Of a DNA stretch of 64,000 nucleotides, positions 1 through 11,626 are shown in pieces (the stretch's first letter is position 1; the number at the start of each line of letters is the position of its first letter). The translations under genes and the position numbers were made by a program. The notes beneath the pieces are model-generated. The model saw only the letters and a program-made list of their open reading frames with translations, ran no database searches and was not told where the DNA came from. Origin of the DNA: Vannielia sp. Its GTDB lineage: Bacteria > Pseudomonadota > Alphaproteobacteria > Rhodobacterales > Rhodobacteraceae. Where the stretch lies: assembly GCF_029212645.1 (NCBI RefSeq), contig NZ_JARGND010000003.1:61741-125740 (forward strand), read 5' to 3'.

Positions 1-2
1 AA

Positions 3-956
3 GCGGCAACAGGCGAGATAGTGACCGCCGAGGAATTGGGCGGCGGGGATGTGCACACGCGCCTTTCCGGCGTGGCCGATATGCTGGCCGAGGATGACGC
101 GCACGCGCTGGCCTTGGCACGCCAGGCAATAGGCTCGCTGGAAGGCTACCGCGCCACAGAGGCCCGCCCCGAGTTGCGAGAGCCGCTTGCCCCGGCCTAT
201 GACCCGGAGGAATTGCTTGGCCTCGTGCCCTCTGATCCGCGCCGCCCGTGGGACATTACCGAGGTGATCGCGCGGATCGTGGATGGCTCGCGCTTTGATG
301 CCTTCAAGCCGCGCTTTGGGGAAACGCTGGTATGTGGGTTTGCCCATATCGAAGGGATTCCGGTGGGGATTATCGCCAACAACGGCGTGCTGTTCTCGGA
401 GAGTGCCGTGAAGGGCGCGCATTTTGTGCAGCTGTGCTCGCAGCGCGGTATCCCCTTGGTTTTCTTGCAAAACATCACCGGCTTCATGGTGGGCCGCAAG
501 TATGAGAACGAGGGTATCGCCCGCCATGGTGCCAAGTTGGTGACCGCGGTTGCCACCACATCGGTGCCTAAGGTGACGATGATCGTTGGCGGCTCTTTTG
601 GCGCGGGCAACTACGGTATGGCCGGGCGCGCCTATAGCCCGCGTTTCCTGTGGACATGGCCGACCAGCCGGATCAGCGTGATGGGCGGCGAACAGGCGGC
701 GGGCGTGTTGGCGACGGTAAAGCGCGATGCGATCGAGCGCGGTGGTGGAAACTGGAGCGAAGACGAGGAAGCCGCCTTCAAGCAGCCGGTGCTTGACCAG
801 TTTGCCGAGCAGTCAGACCCGCTTTACGCCAGCGCAAGGCTTTGGGATGACGGCATCGTTGATCCGCGCAAATCGCGGCAGGTCTTGGCGCTGTCGCTTC
901 GCGCGGCGCTGAACGCGCCTGTCGAGGAGACACGCTTTGGCGTATTTCGGATGTGA
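3..956 (+). CDS. liuB: 3-methylcrotonyl-CoA carboxylase beta (carboxyltransferase) subunit, 5' truncated by window edge
   Basis: Carboxyl transferase motifs ([23 protein letters not shown]-terminal FGVFRM); frame open to the window start; next to biotin carboxylase and HMG-CoA lyase. Confidence 0.9.
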   Translation, partial: AATGEIVTAEELGGGDVHTRLSGVADMLAEDDAHALALARQAIGSLEGYRATEARPELREPLAPAYDPEELLGLVPSDPRRPWDITEVIARIVDGSRFDAFKPRFGETLVCGFAHIEGIPVGIIANNGVLFSESAVKGAHFVQLCSQRGIPLVFLQNITGFMVGRKYENEGIARHGAKLVTAVATTSVPKVTMIVGGSFGAGNYGMAGRAYSPRFLWTWPTSRISVMGGEQAAGVLATVKRDAIERGGGNWSEDEEAAFKQPVLDQFAEQSDPLYASARLWDDGIVDPRKSRQVLALSLRAALNAPVEETRFGVFRM

Positions 957-966
957 GGAGAGGGCG

Positions 967-1437
967 ATGAGCGACGGCAAGCCCGACGGGCAGTTCACCC
1001 CCGGCCCGGTTGATCCGGTGTCCGGGCAGAGGTGGGTTTATGTGACCCCGCAGATGGTGGGCAAGCACCCGCAGGGGCGGCTTAATCTGGCGCTCTACGG
1101 GGTAATCTTGTTCTTTGTGGCGATGGCGGCCTGGCGCTTTGTGCTTTGGGCCTACGGTTTTTCCGGCGTGTGGTTCGGGCTGGAGATCATCATCTTTGGT
1201 CTCGCGGCTGTGGCGCTGTTTTTCCGGGTGGCACCGGCGGCGTGGCTTGGCATTGCCAGCTGCGCCATGATGCTGATCGACTTTGCCACCGGCTTGAAGC
1301 TGGTGTGGGGTGTGCAAATCTGGGCGATAGCAGAGGTAATCGCGGCGCTGGTGGTTGGGTTTTACCTGCTCACCGGGGCGCGGCCAAATCTGATCTATCG
1401 GCACCGATATCTAATGGAGGGCGGGGATGTTTCATAA
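967..1437 (+). CDS. Hypothetical integral membrane protein (about 4 TM helices)
   Basis: ATG at 967 after GAGGAG; four hydrophobic segments; overlaps the next start codon. Confidence 0.75.
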   Translation: MSDGKPDGQFTPGPVDPVSGQRWVYVTPQMVGKHPQGRLNLALYGVILFFVAMAAWRFVLWAYGFSGVWFGLEIIIFGLAAVALFFRVAPAAWLGIASCAMMLIDFATGLKLVWGVQIWAIAEVIAALVVGFYLLTGARPNLIYRHRYLMEGGDVS

Positions 1438-3358
1438 GGTTCTCATAGCCAATCGAGGCGAAATCGCCTGCCGGGTGATTGAAAGCTGTCGCAAGCTGGG
1501 CGTGGCCTCGGTTGCGGTTTATTCCGAGGCGGATGCAAATGCGCGGCATGTGGCGCTGGCCGACGAGGCGGTGCTGATCGGGCCTGCGCCAAGTGCGCAG
1601 AGCTACCTTGATATGGCCAAGGTGATTGCTGCGGCCAAGGCAACGGGCGCGGAGGCGATCCATCCGGGCTATGGCTTTCTCAGCGAAAACCCGGATTTCG
1701 TGGAAGCCTGTAACGCCGAGGGCATCACCTTTATCGGGCCGGATGCGGCAGCGATCCGGGCGATGGGGCTGAAGGATGCGGCCAAGGCGCGGATGGAGGC
1801 GGCGGGCGTGCCCGTGGTGCCGGGCTATCACGGCGAAGAGCAAGACCCCGGCCGGCTTGAGCTTGAGGCGGAGGCCGTTGGCTATCCGGTTCTGATCAAG
1901 GCGGTGGCGGGCGGCGGAGGCCGTGGGATGCGGTTGGTGGAGGATGCGGCGCATTTCCTCCATGCGCTAGAGTCCGCGCGGGCCGAGGCGCTTGGCGCCT
2001 TTGGCAACGGCGATGTGCTGATCGAGAAATACATCGAACATCCGCGCCACATTGAGGTGCAGGTTTTTGGCGATGGCACCCGTGCGGTGCATTTGTTTGA
2101 GCGTGATTGCAGCTTGCAACGCCGCCATCAGAAGGTGATCGAGGAGGCCCCGGCCCCCGGCATGGTCCCCGAGGTGCGCGAAGCGATGGGCGCGGCGGCG
2201 GTAAGGGCCGCCGAGGCGATTGGCTACTCGGGCGCGGGCACGGTGGAGTTTATCGTGGACGGGGCCGGCGGGCTGCGGGCTGATGGCTTTTGGTTCATGG
2301 AGATGAACACGCGCTTGCAGGTGGAGCATCCGGTGAGCGAAGAAATCACCGGGGTTGATCTGGTGGAATGGCAGTTGCGGGTGGCCTCGGGCGAGCCGCT
2401 GCCAGCGGTGCAGGATGATCTGGCGATCACCGGCCACGCGATGGAAGCACGGCTTTACGCCGAAGACCCGGCAGCGGGCTTTTTGCCTGCGGTGGGGCGG
2501 CTGGAGCGGCTGCGCTTTGGCCCGGCGCGGGTGGATACCGGGGTGGAAGAGGGCGATGAGATCAGCCCGCATTACGACCCGATGATCGCAAAGCTCACCT
2601 GCTGGGGCGAAGACCGCGAGGTGGCGCGCGCCGCCCTGGCGCGGGCCCTGGCCGAAACCGATGTGGCGGGGGTTGTTACCAACCTGGGCTTCCTGGGCCG
2701 CCTGGTGGGGCATGAGGCGTTTCGCAGCGGGGATGTCGAAACCGGGCTGATTGGCCGCGAGGTTGACGCGCTGGTGCAACCGCTGGAAGGTGGCCCGCTG
2801 TTTGCGCTTGCCGCCGTGGAAGCGCTGGGGCTGGGCGAGGCCTCGGTTGATGAGGGCTTTGCGCTTTGGCAACCTTTCGAGTGGCCGGTGAAGCTGATGC
2901 GCGGCGAGGTGGCCTTTGAGGGGCGCGTGGCTGCCCTTGGCGGCGCAGCCTACCGGGTGCAGATCGCGGAAGCGTCGTTTCACTGTGAGCGCGGGCCGAA
3001 GGGCTGGAGCATTGATGGCCAGACGATGCAGGCGCATGCCGAGCGGATTGGCAATGCGGTTTATGTTTATGGTGCGGAGCCGATGGTCTTTGCCTTGGCA
3101 GACCCGCTGGAAGGCGGTGGCGAAGAGACGAGCGAGGGCGCGGTTCTGGCCCCTATGCCCGGCGTGTTGCGGGCCTTGCATGTGCGCGAGGGCGACAGCG
3201 TGCAAGCGGGCGACCGGCTTGCGGTGATGGAAGCGATGAAGATGGAACACGTGATGCGCGCGCCCTATGACGGCGTGGTGGCACGCTGCGCGGTGACGGA
3301 GGGAGACCAGCTGGACGCCGGGGCGCTGATCGTTGAACTGGAGGGGGAAGAATCGTGA
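1427..3358 (+). CDS. liuD: 3-methylcrotonyl-CoA carboxylase alpha subunit (biotin carboxylase plus biotinyl domain)
   Basis: ANRGEIA, HPGYGFLSEN, RDCSLQRRHQK, EMNTRLQVEH and biotin attachment motif EAMKM. Confidence 0.92.
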   Translation: MFHKVLIANRGEIACRVIESCRKLGVASVAVYSEADANARHVALADEAVLIGPAPSAQSYLDMAKVIAAAKATGAEAIHPGYGFLSENPDFVEACNAEGITFIGPDAAAIRAMGLKDAAKARMEAAGVPVVPGYHGEEQDPGRLELEAEAVGYPVLIKAVAGGGGRGMRLVEDAAHFLHALESARAEALGAFGNGDVLIEKYIEHPRHIEVQVFGDGTRAVHLFERDCSLQRRHQKVIEEAPAPGMVPEVREAMGAAAVRAAEAIGYSGAGTVEFIVDGAGGLRADGFWFMEMNTRLQVEHPVSEEITGVDLVEWQLRVASGEPLPAVQDDLAITGHAMEARLYAEDPAAGFLPAVGRLERLRFGPARVDTGVEEGDEISPHYDPMIAKLTCWGEDREVARAALARALAETDVAGVVTNLGFLGRLVGHEAFRSGDVETGLIGREVDALVQPLEGGPLFALAAVEALGLGEASVDEGFALWQPFEWPVKLMRGEVAFEGRVAALGGAAYRVQIAEASFHCERGPKGWSIDGQTMQAHAERIGNAVYVYGAEPMVFALADPLEGGGEETSEGAVLAPMPGVLRALHVREGDSVQAGDRLAVMEAMKMEHVMRAPYDGVVARCAVTEGDQLDAGALIVELEGEES

Positions 3359-4053
3359 GCGAAGGCGAAAATGCAGATCAGGCGCAGGGGGGGCGTGCGG
3401 TGAAGTTGCACCATTCTGCCCAGACACGCTCAATGCGGGTGCTATGGCTGCTCAATGAGCTTGGCGTTGAATTTGAGCTTGTGGAGCATGCGATGGACGG
3501 CTCGCTGCGCTCTCCATCCTATTTGGCGCTGCATCCGGCGGGCCGGGTGCCCTGCCTTGAGGTGGGCGACGAGGTTTGGTGGGAATCCGGCGCGATCATC
3601 GAACTGTTGTGCGAGCACTTTCCCGAAGGTGGCCTGGGGCGGATGCCGGGGCAACCGGAGCGGGCGGAGTGGTTGTCGTGGCTCCATTTTTCGGAAACCA
3701 TCAGCCAGCATGTTGCGGCGCTGACCCAGCAGCACGTCATGCTTTTTGATGATGCGATGCGCTCGCCCGTTGTGACAAAACTGGAAGCGGCGCGGACCGG
3801 CAAGTGCCTTGATGCGCTGGAAGAGCGGTTGAACGGGCGCGATTACCTGCTGGATGGCGGGTTTTCGGCGGCGGATGTGGCTGTGGGGCAGGCGGTCTAT
3901 TCCGCGCAGCGGTTTCACCGGATCGGCGAGCGCCCGGCGCTGGCGGCGTGGTGGGCGCGGATCGAAGGGCGCCCGGCGTTCAAGGCTGCGCTGCCACAAC
4001 CCGGCGAAAAGCTGCTTTATGAGCGCGATTTCTACGCGCCGTGGGAGGGATGA
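3355..4053 (+). CDS. Glutathione S-transferase family protein
   Basis: GST N-domain (RSMRVLWLL...HPAGRVP...WESGAI) and C-domain FSAADV. Confidence 0.88.
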   Translation: MSEGENADQAQGGRAVKLHHSAQTRSMRVLWLLNELGVEFELVEHAMDGSLRSPSYLALHPAGRVPCLEVGDEVWWESGAIIELLCEHFPEGGLGRMPGQPERAEWLSWLHFSETISQHVAALTQQHVMLFDDAMRSPVVTKLEAARTGKCLDALEERLNGRDYLLDGGFSAADVAVGQAVYSAQRFHRIGERPALAAWWARIEGRPAFKAALPQPGEKLLYERDFYAPWEG

Positions 4054-4904
4054 TGCAGGCTGAGATTTTTGAAGTAGGGCCAAGGGACGGGCTGCAAAAC
4101 GAGGCGGCGGTGATTGACGTGGCGGCCAAGGTGGCGCTGATTGATTGCCTCTCGCGCGCCGGGTTCAAGCGGATCGAGGCGGCGAGTTTTGTCAGCCCCA
4201 AGTGGGTGCCGCAGATGGCGGCCTCGGGCGAGGTGATGGCCGCGATCACCCGTGCGCCGGGCGTGGGATACTGGGCGTTGACGCCAAACATGCGCGGCTA
4301 TGAGCGCGCAAAGGCGGCGGGTTGCGATGGGGTGGCGGTGTTTGCGGCCGCCAGCGAGGGCTTTAGCAAGGCCAACCTGAACTGCTCGATCGCTGAAAGC
4401 CTTGAGCGTTTTGCCCCGGTGCTGGAGGCCGCCAAGGCGGATGAGGTGCCGGTGCGCGGCTATGTGTCGGTCGTGACCGATTGCCCGTTTGACGGCGAGA
4501 TTGCCCCCGAAGCGGTGGCCAAGGTGGCCGGGGCCTTGCGCCGGATGGGCTGCGCCGAGATATCGCTGGGCGAAACGCTGGGGCGCGGGGTGCCCGAACG
4601 GGTGGATGCCATGCTGGCCGCAGTGCTCGAGGAAGTCCCGGCGGAGGAATTGGCGGGGCATTTCCACGATACCAGTGGCGGAGCGCTGGCCAATATCGAG
4701 GTGGCTCTGGCGCGCGGTTTGCGGATTTTCGATGCTGCGGTTGGCGGGTTGGGCGGCTGCCCCTATGCGCCGGGTGCGGCGGGCAATGTGGCGACCGAGG
4801 CGGTGGCGGTTCGGCTGGCCGAACTCGGCTATGAAACCGGGCTTGATAAAGATGTTCTGGCCGAGGCCGGAGCCATGGCGCGTGCCATGCGCAACGGCGG
4901 GTGA
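4050..4904 (+). CDS. hmgL: Hydroxymethylglutaryl-CoA lyase
   Basis: EVGPRDGLQNE, GHFHDT, GGLGGCPYAPGAAGNVATE motifs. Confidence 0.93.
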   Translation: MMQAEIFEVGPRDGLQNEAAVIDVAAKVALIDCLSRAGFKRIEAASFVSPKWVPQMAASGEVMAAITRAPGVGYWALTPNMRGYERAKAAGCDGVAVFAAASEGFSKANLNCSIAESLERFAPVLEAAKADEVPVRGYVSVVTDCPFDGEIAPEAVAKVAGALRRMGCAEISLGETLGRGVPERVDAMLAAVLEEVPAEELAGHFHDTSGGALANIEVALARGLRIFDAAVGGLGGCPYAPGAAGNVATEAVAVRLAELGYETGLDKDVLAEAGAMARAMRNGG

Positions 4905-5092
4905 AACGGTATTTCACAGCCGGGTGCGCGGGATGATCCCGTTTGGGGTGGGTGCAGGCGTTGCCGGTGCGCCCTAGGGATCGCGGCGGTTTTTGAAAGG
5001 CGCAATCCCGCTTGACCGGGCTGAGACTTCTCTGGATACGCCCCGCGTGATCCGCTAGCCTCGCGCCAAAGAGGCAAGCGGGGAGACACCCG

Positions 5093-6220
5093 ATGATCGA
5101 GCGACGCAGTTTTCTACTTTCCGGGGCGGCCCTGTCCCTTTTGAGCGCCTGTGGCGGGGCGGATCGGTTTGCCGATGGCGGCTCTGTTGCCACGGTTGAT
5201 CCGGGGCTGAGGCCGCAGCGCAATGCCGGGTATGATGCCTGGGTGGCGGCGTTTCGGGGCCGCGCTGCCGCGAAGGGCTTGCGTGAGGATGTGATCGCGC
5301 GGGCGTTCCGCAACGCCGGGTTTTTGCCCGGCGTGGTTGAGCGGGACCGCAACCAAACCGAATTCAAGCGCAGTTTCGAGGACTACCTTTCACTGGTGGC
5401 CAACGAAGAGAAGGTGCAGCAGGGCCGGGCCGCCTATGCCCGCGAACGGCGGGTGCTGGACGCGGTAGAGGCGAAATACGGCGTTGCCTCGCAGATCGTT
5501 TGCGCGATTTGGGGCGTCGAGAGCAATTTTGGCACCCGAATGGGCGATATTCCGGTGATTTCGGCGCTGTCGACGCTGGCCTATGACGGGCGGCGCGGGG
5601 CGTTTTTTGAAGGGCAGTTGATTGCGGCGCTGAAGATCCTGCAAGCGGGGGATGTCTCTCCTGAGCGGATGACCGGCAGTTGGGCGGGCGCGATGGGGCA
5701 TACCCAGTTCATCCCGACGAGCTATCTGGCTTTTGCGGTGGATTTTACTGGCGACGGGCGGCGTGACATTTGGGGCGCAAACCCGGCGGATGGGCTGGCC
5801 TCGACCGCCGCTTACCTTTCGCGCAATGGCTGGGCGCGGGGAGGCGGTTGGTCACGCGAGGACGCGAGCGGCACGATGCAGCCCGATCCGGGCGGGCCGC
5901 GCTTTTCTGTCAGCGGGAATTTCCGGGTGATCAAGCGTTACAACAATTCGGACAGCTACGCGCTGGCGGTGGGCTATCTGGCGGACCGGATCGCGGGCGG
6001 CGGGCCGCTGAGGCAAAAGTTTGGGCCAGACCGCTATGGCCTGACGCAGCCGCAGCGCAAACGCTTGCAGGAATTGCTGAACCGCGCGGGCTTTGATGTG
6101 GGCAAACCCGATGGGGTGCTTGGCCCCAAGAGCCGGGCCGCGATTGAAGCTTACCAGCGCGAGGCCGGGCTGCCGGTGACGGGCAATCCATCACCGGCGT
6201 TGCTGGCGCGGCTGGGGTAG
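5093..6220 (+). CDS. Lytic murein transglycosylase (MltB/SLT_2 family) lipoprotein with C-terminal peptidoglycan-binding domain
   Basis: RR plus lipobox LSAC signal; IWGVESNFG, GSWAGAMGHTQFIP, EF-hand-like DFTGDGRRD; DGVLGPKS in the PG-binding domain. Confidence 0.9.
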   Translation: MIERRSFLLSGAALSLLSACGGADRFADGGSVATVDPGLRPQRNAGYDAWVAAFRGRAAAKGLREDVIARAFRNAGFLPGVVERDRNQTEFKRSFEDYLSLVANEEKVQQGRAAYARERRVLDAVEAKYGVASQIVCAIWGVESNFGTRMGDIPVISALSTLAYDGRRGAFFEGQLIAALKILQAGDVSPERMTGSWAGAMGHTQFIPTSYLAFAVDFTGDGRRDIWGANPADGLASTAAYLSRNGWARGGGWSREDASGTMQPDPGGPRFSVSGNFRVIKRYNNSDSYALAVGYLADRIAGGGPLRQKFGPDRYGLTQPQRKRLQELLNRAGFDVGKPDGVLGPKSRAAIEAYQREAGLPVTGNPSPALLARLG

Positions 6221-6247
6221 GGCGAATTTCCACGCTGGAGCAAAGGC

Positions 6248-6547
6248 TTAGCGTGCCCGCAGGCGCGGGCGCTCAAGGTCGGCTGCGCGGTTGGCGGTGG
6301 CGCGATGGGCGAGGGTATCGCTCAGATCGCCGGGAGGGGTGAGCGCCTCGTTCACGTCGGCGCGGGTGAGGCCGATGTCCCGCAGCAGGTGGTCATCGAG
6401 CCGCGAAAGGGCGGCGGCGCGGCGGCGGTTGACCCTGAGCGTGGCGCGGACCTCAAAATTCAGGCGAATGGCGCGGGCGAGGCGGGTGATGAGGCTGCGC
6501 AGGATGGGAAGGTGCGCGGCGGCGGGTGTCATTGGGAAGTCGGTCAT
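6248..6547 (-). CDS. DUF1127 small Arg-rich protein
   Basis: LSRLDDHLLRDIGLTR signature; AGGAG RBS upstream; divergent from LysR. Confidence 0.85.
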   Translation of the reverse strand: MTDFPMTPAAAHLPILRSLITRLARAIRLNFEVRATLRVNRRRAAALSRLDDHLLRDIGLTRADVNEALTPPGDLSDTLAHRATANRAADLERPRLRAR

Positions 6548-6625
6548 TGGGCTGTCTCCTTGTTTGCTGATCCAAGGGTGAGGCTTGACGAGCGTTCAAT
6601 CAAACGGATAACATTGACCATATCG

Positions 6626-6640
6626 TTCAGAAAAATTGAA
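6626..6640. promoter_or_regulatory. Probable LysR binding site TTCA-N7-TGAA (T-N11-A)
   Basis: Inverted repeat TTCAGAAAAATTGAA in the AT-rich divergent intergenic region. Confidence 0.55.
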
Positions 6641-6649
6641 GGATAACCG

Positions 6650-7522
6650 ATGTCCGCTCCGGCCCTTGATACCGATCTTGTGCGCACCTTCCTCGCGATT
6701 GCCGAGGCGGGGAGTTTCAGCGCCGCTGCCGAGCGGGTGTTGCGCACGCCCTCGGCGGTTTCGATGCAGATGAAGCGGCTTGAGGAGCAACTGGGGCGCA
6801 GCCTGTTTGAGCGGTTGCCCCGTGAGGTGCGACTCACCGCCGACGGCGAGGTGTTTCACAGCTATGCCGAGGAAATCATGCGGGTTTCCGAAGCGGCGAT
6901 GGCGCGGTTTACCCAGCCAAAACTGGCCGGGTTGGTGCGGCTTGGGGCGCATGAGGATTTTGGCATTCACCACTTGCCAACGATCCTTGCCCGCTTTGCC
7001 GCCACCCATCCAAACGTGGATTTGCGGGTGTATCTCAAACCATCCGAGCAACTGCGCAGGATGTTTGAGGCCGGGGAGCTTGATGTGAGCCTGCACACGG
7101 TGTGCGCCTTTGACGGAGGTGCCGGCCGCCTGGTGCATGAGGAGTCGCTGGTGTGGGCGGGCAAGCGGGGCGGGCGGGCCTGGCAGGGCGATCCGTTGCC
7201 CATGGCGCTGGCCGAAGAGGGCTGTGCCTGGCGCACATCCGCACTGAAGAGCCTGACCAAGCTGGGGCGAGAGGGGCGGGTGGCCTATACCAGCGAGAAC
7301 GGCAAGGCGCTGGTTGCGGCAATGGAGGCGGATCTGGCGATCACGCCGATGCCGGCGTCAGGGCTAGCGGCGGGCCATGAGCGGCTGGGCAAACGGCACG
7401 GGCTGGAGGACCTCGGGCGCTATCAATTGCGCATGTTGCAAAAGGAAGATGCCGGATGCGCCGCCGAGGCGCTGGCCGATCATGTTTTAGGCAGTTTCCA
7501 GCCCGCGATGGCGGCGGAATGA
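6650..7522 (+). CDS. LysR-family transcriptional regulator
   Basis: N-terminal HTH (GSFSAAAERVLRTPSAVSMQMKRLEEQLG) plus substrate-binding domain. Confidence 0.93.
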   Translation: MSAPALDTDLVRTFLAIAEAGSFSAAAERVLRTPSAVSMQMKRLEEQLGRSLFERLPREVRLTADGEVFHSYAEEIMRVSEAAMARFTQPKLAGLVRLGAHEDFGIHHLPTILARFAATHPNVDLRVYLKPSEQLRRMFEAGELDVSLHTVCAFDGGAGRLVHEESLVWAGKRGGRAWQGDPLPMALAEEGCAWRTSALKSLTKLGREGRVAYTSENGKALVAAMEADLAITPMPASGLAAGHERLGKRHGLEDLGRYQLRMLQKEDAGCAAEALADHVLGSFQPAMAAE

Positions 7523-7676
7523 CAGCCGCGCCAACCGCGTCAAATCACCCGGAAATTGAGGGGCCTGCCGGTTGACCCTCTCGCGGGGCAGGGGTAAGAC
7601 CGGAGCTAGCCACGACACGTGTGCCCGGGGCCCTTCTGCCGCCCCGCCAAGGCCCGCGTGAATTAAGGAGCCGGTC

Positions 7677-8566
<890 letters not shown>

Positions 8567-8612
8567 GCGGCGCACCGGGTGGTTTTTACCCCGACCCCAG
8601 AAGGGAAAGAGC

Positions 8613-9224
8613 ATGACTGAAGCCCTCAACGAGCTTGGCCAGCATATCGAGATGAAGCGGCCCGATTGCGTGGTTGCGTGGGATGTGTCTTTTGGTGAGC
8701 TGAATGTCGATGTGGCCCCGTCAAACCTGCCGGGGTTTGTCGAGTTTCTGAAAGCCGACGCCAACTGCCGCTTTTCGACGCTGATCGACGTTACGGCGGT
8801 GGATTACCCCGAGCGCGAAAAGCGCTTTGATGTGGTTTACCACTTCCTCAGCATGTACCAGAACCACCGCATCCGCCTGCGCGCTGCGGTGCGCGATGAA
8901 GAAATGGTGCCCTCGATCGTGGAGCAATTCCCTGCCGCCAACTGGTTGGAGCGCGAGGTTTTTGATATGTTCGGGATCATGTTCTCGGGCCACCCCGATC
9001 TGCGCCGCATCCTCACCGATTATGGCTTTCGCGGCCATCCGCTGCGCAAGGACTTCCCCACCACGGGCTATACCGAGGTGCGCTATGACGAGGTTGAAAA
9101 GCGGGTGGTTTATGAGCCGGTGCAGCTAACGCAGGAATACCGCCAGTTTGATTTCATGTCGCCATGGGAGGGGGCTGAATACATCCTGCCCGGCGATGAG
9201 AAACCCGAAGAGGCCAAGGGCTAG
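8613..9224 (+). CDS. nuoC: NADH-quinone oxidoreductase subunit C
   Basis: EREVFDMFG...[23 protein letters not shown]. Confidence 0.96.
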   Translation: MTEALNELGQHIEMKRPDCVVAWDVSFGELNVDVAPSNLPGFVEFLKADANCRFSTLIDVTAVDYPEREKRFDVVYHFLSMYQNHRIRLRAAVRDEEMVPSIVEQFPAANWLEREVFDMFGIMFSGHPDLRRILTDYGFRGHPLRKDFPTTGYTEVRYDEVEKRVVYEPVQLTQEYRQFDFMSPWEGAEYILPGDEKPEEAKG

Positions 9225-9229
9225 GCCAG

Positions 9230-10126
9230 ATGGGCGAACGGGCAACATTGCTCTATGGGATCGGTGCTCCGAAAACCGGCACGAGCTGGCTTTACAGCTA
9301 TCTCGAAGGGCACCCCGAGTGCGCAATGCCGCTTGTGAAAGAGATGCACTATTTCGACACGGTCGAGGGCGTGCTTGCGAACTGGCATCAGGACATGCTG
9401 ATCCGCCAGATCACCAGCCAGCGCGACCGCGTCGAGCGGATTGAAGCCGGGCAGGAAGAAGGGCGCGCGCCGCGTGTGCGCCGCCGGATCGCCGGGCTGG
9501 AGCGGCTTTTGGCCGCGCTGATGATCGGCGAGGCAGACCCACGCGCCTATCTTGATGTGCTTTATGAACGGGCAGGCGAGGCCAAGGTGGTTGCCGATTT
9601 TACGCCCGCTTATTGCATGTTGCCGCTCTCCCGCCTCACCATGATGGCCGGGCTGGTCGAACAGACGCGGTTTTTGTTCATCATGCGCGACCCGGTAGAA
9701 CGGTTTTGGTCACAGTGCCGCTTTCAGGCGGCCAACCGCGTGAAGCGGGGCGGGGCTGCGGATGTGGAAAAGGTGGCCAATACGCTGGTGGATCGCACAT
9801 TGCGCGGCGAGGAAACCGAGATTTTCCAACGCAGCGACTATGCCAGCGTGCTCACCAAGCTGGACGCGCTGCCGCGTGATACGGTGAAGGTGTTGTTTTA
9901 CGAGGACTTGTTTGAGCAAGAGACGCTCGACACGCTTTGCACCTTCCTCGGTATCGCCTCGCATAAGGCTGTTTTCAACGAGCCGCGCAACTCAAGCCCC
10001 GCGCTGGCGCTTGACGAAGGCCGCCGCGCGGCGCTGCAACGGATGCTTGCCCCGCAATACGCGGCGGCACACGACAAAATGGGCGCGCTGCCGGACGGCT
10101 GGTCGCGCAACATGGAAAGGGTCTGA
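9230..10126 (+). CDS. Sulfotransferase-family (P-loop) protein
   Basis: 5'-PSB motif [17 protein letters not shown], 3'-PB motif [10 protein letters not shown]. Confidence 0.8.
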   Translation: MGERATLLYGIGAPKTGTSWLYSYLEGHPECAMPLVKEMHYFDTVEGVLANWHQDMLIRQITSQRDRVERIEAGQEEGRAPRVRRRIAGLERLLAALMIGEADPRAYLDVLYERAGEAKVVADFTPAYCMLPLSRLTMMAGLVEQTRFLFIMRDPVERFWSQCRFQAANRVKRGGAADVEKVANTLVDRTLRGEETEIFQRSDYASVLTKLDALPRDTVKVLFYEDLFEQETLDTLCTFLGIASHKAVFNEPRNSSPALALDEGRRAALQRMLAPQYAAAHDKMGALPDGWSRNMERV

Positions 10127-10130
10127 GACC

Positions 10131-11345
10131 ATGGATGGCAAATTCGAAGACGCGATGACGGGCGAGCAGAAGATTCGCAACTTCAACATCAACTTCGGCC
10201 CGCAACACCCTGCCGCGCATGGTGTTTTGCGGCTGGTGCTGGAGCTTGACGGCGAAATCGTAGAGCGCTGTGACCCGCATGTTGGCCTGCTGCACCGTGG
10301 CACCGAAAAGCTGATGGAAAGCCGGACCTACCTGCAAAACCTGCCCTATCTGGACCGGCTCGATTATGTCGCCCCGATGAACCAGGAGCACGCCTGGTGC
10401 CTTGCGATCGAGCGGCTCACCGGGGTGGAGGTTCCGCGCCGCGCCAGCCTGATCCGCGTGCTTTATTCCGAGATTGGCCGGGTGCTGAACCACCTGCTGA
10501 ACGTGACCACCCAAGCCATGGACGTGGGCGCGCTGACGCCGCCGCTCTGGGGTTTTGAAGAGCGCGAAAAACTGATGATCTTCTATGAGCGTGCCTGCGG
10601 CGCGCGCCTGCACGCGGCCTATTTCCGCCCCGGTGGCGTGCATCAGGATCTGCCGCCTGAGCTGCTTGATGATATCGAAACCTGGGCGCATGAGTTCCCC
10701 CCTGTGCTGAAAGACATTGACGGGCTGCTCACCGAGAACCGCATCTTCAAGCAGCGCAACGCCGATATTGGCGTGATTTCGCAGCAGGATGCGCTTGACT
10801 GGGGCTATACCGGCGTGATGGTGCGGGGCTCTGGCATGGCGTGGGATTTGCGCCGTGCGCAGCCTTATGAGTGCTACGACGAGTTCGATTTTCAGGTGCC
10901 TGTCGGCAAGAACGGTGATTGCTATGATCGCTATCTTGTGCGGATGGAAGAGATGCGCCAATCGACCTCGATCATCCTGCAAGCCATTGAAAAGCTTCGC
11001 GCGCCCGAGGGGCAGGGCGATATTCTGGCGCGCGGCAAGGTGACTCCGCCGAAGCGTGGCGAGATGAAACGCTCGATGGAGGCACTGATCCACCATTTCA
11101 AGCTTTATACCGAGGGTTTCCATGTGCCCGAGGGGGAAGTTTATGCCGCCGTTGAGGCGCCCAAGGGCGAGTTCGGCGTTTACATGAAATCGGACGGCAG
11201 CAACAAACCCTACCGCGCCAAGCTGCGTGCGCCGGGCTTTTTGCACCTGCAATCCATGGACTTTATCGCCGGAGGCCACCAACTCGCCGATATTGCCGCC
11301 ATCCTCGGCTCGCTGGATATCGTCTTTGGGGAGGTCGACAGGTGA
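10131..11345 (+). CDS. nuoD: NADH-quinone oxidoreductase subunit D
   Basis: [23 protein letters not shown]-terminal FGEVDR. Confidence 0.97.
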   Translation: MDGKFEDAMTGEQKIRNFNINFGPQHPAAHGVLRLVLELDGEIVERCDPHVGLLHRGTEKLMESRTYLQNLPYLDRLDYVAPMNQEHAWCLAIERLTGVEVPRRASLIRVLYSEIGRVLNHLLNVTTQAMDVGALTPPLWGFEEREKLMIFYERACGARLHAAYFRPGGVHQDLPPELLDDIETWAHEFPPVLKDIDGLLTENRIFKQRNADIGVISQQDALDWGYTGVMVRGSGMAWDLRRAQPYECYDEFDFQVPVGKNGDCYDRYLVRMEEMRQSTSIILQAIEKLRAPEGQGDILARGKVTPPKRGEMKRSMEALIHHFKLYTEGFHVPEGEVYAAVEAPKGEFGVYMKSDGSNKPYRAKLRAPGFLHLQSMDFIAGGHQLADIAAILGSLDIVFGEVDR

Positions 11346-11626
11346 GGGAGAAGCGCCTTCTCTGCATTGTGGCGGTTGCTTTGGCCTGCACCGCCGGGCA
11401 GGGCGTTGCGCAAAGCGCCTGCCCGCTGCCCGCCAAACTGTGTGGCGAACTGTCCGCCGGGCCATTGCGCCAGCAGGTTGCGGATTTTCATGGCGTGACC
11501 AATGACAAGACCAGATCCGGCATGTTCGTGGCGGGATTCAAAACCGCCATGACCATGGGCGAGCGCAAGAACGCCCGCACCTTTTACATGAGCGGCAGCC
11601 AAAAATGCGCCTGGGTGAAAGCGTGA
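11342..11626 (+). CDS. Small hypothetical exported protein
   Basis: GTGA overlap with nuoD stop; signal-peptide-like N-terminus; several Cys. Confidence 0.55.
   Translation: MREKRLLCIVAVALACTAGQGVAQSACPLPAKLCGELSAGPLRQQVADFHGVTNDKTRSGMFVAGFKTAMTMGERKNARTFYMSGSQKCAWVKA

Noticed and set aside
1967-3433. Long antisense ORFs (e.g. 488 aa here; also 9975-11465, 18181-19794, 26312-27931, 44154-45740, 48002-49681)
   Set aside because: Shadow frames opposite well-supported genes, expected in high-GC DNA; no motifs or RBS.
9912-10130. N-terminal extensions in the ORF track for nuoC, nuoD, nuoG, nuoM, the DEAD helicase, IclR and DinB
   Set aside because: Longest-ORF artefacts; downstream starts match family N-termini and usually have an RBS.
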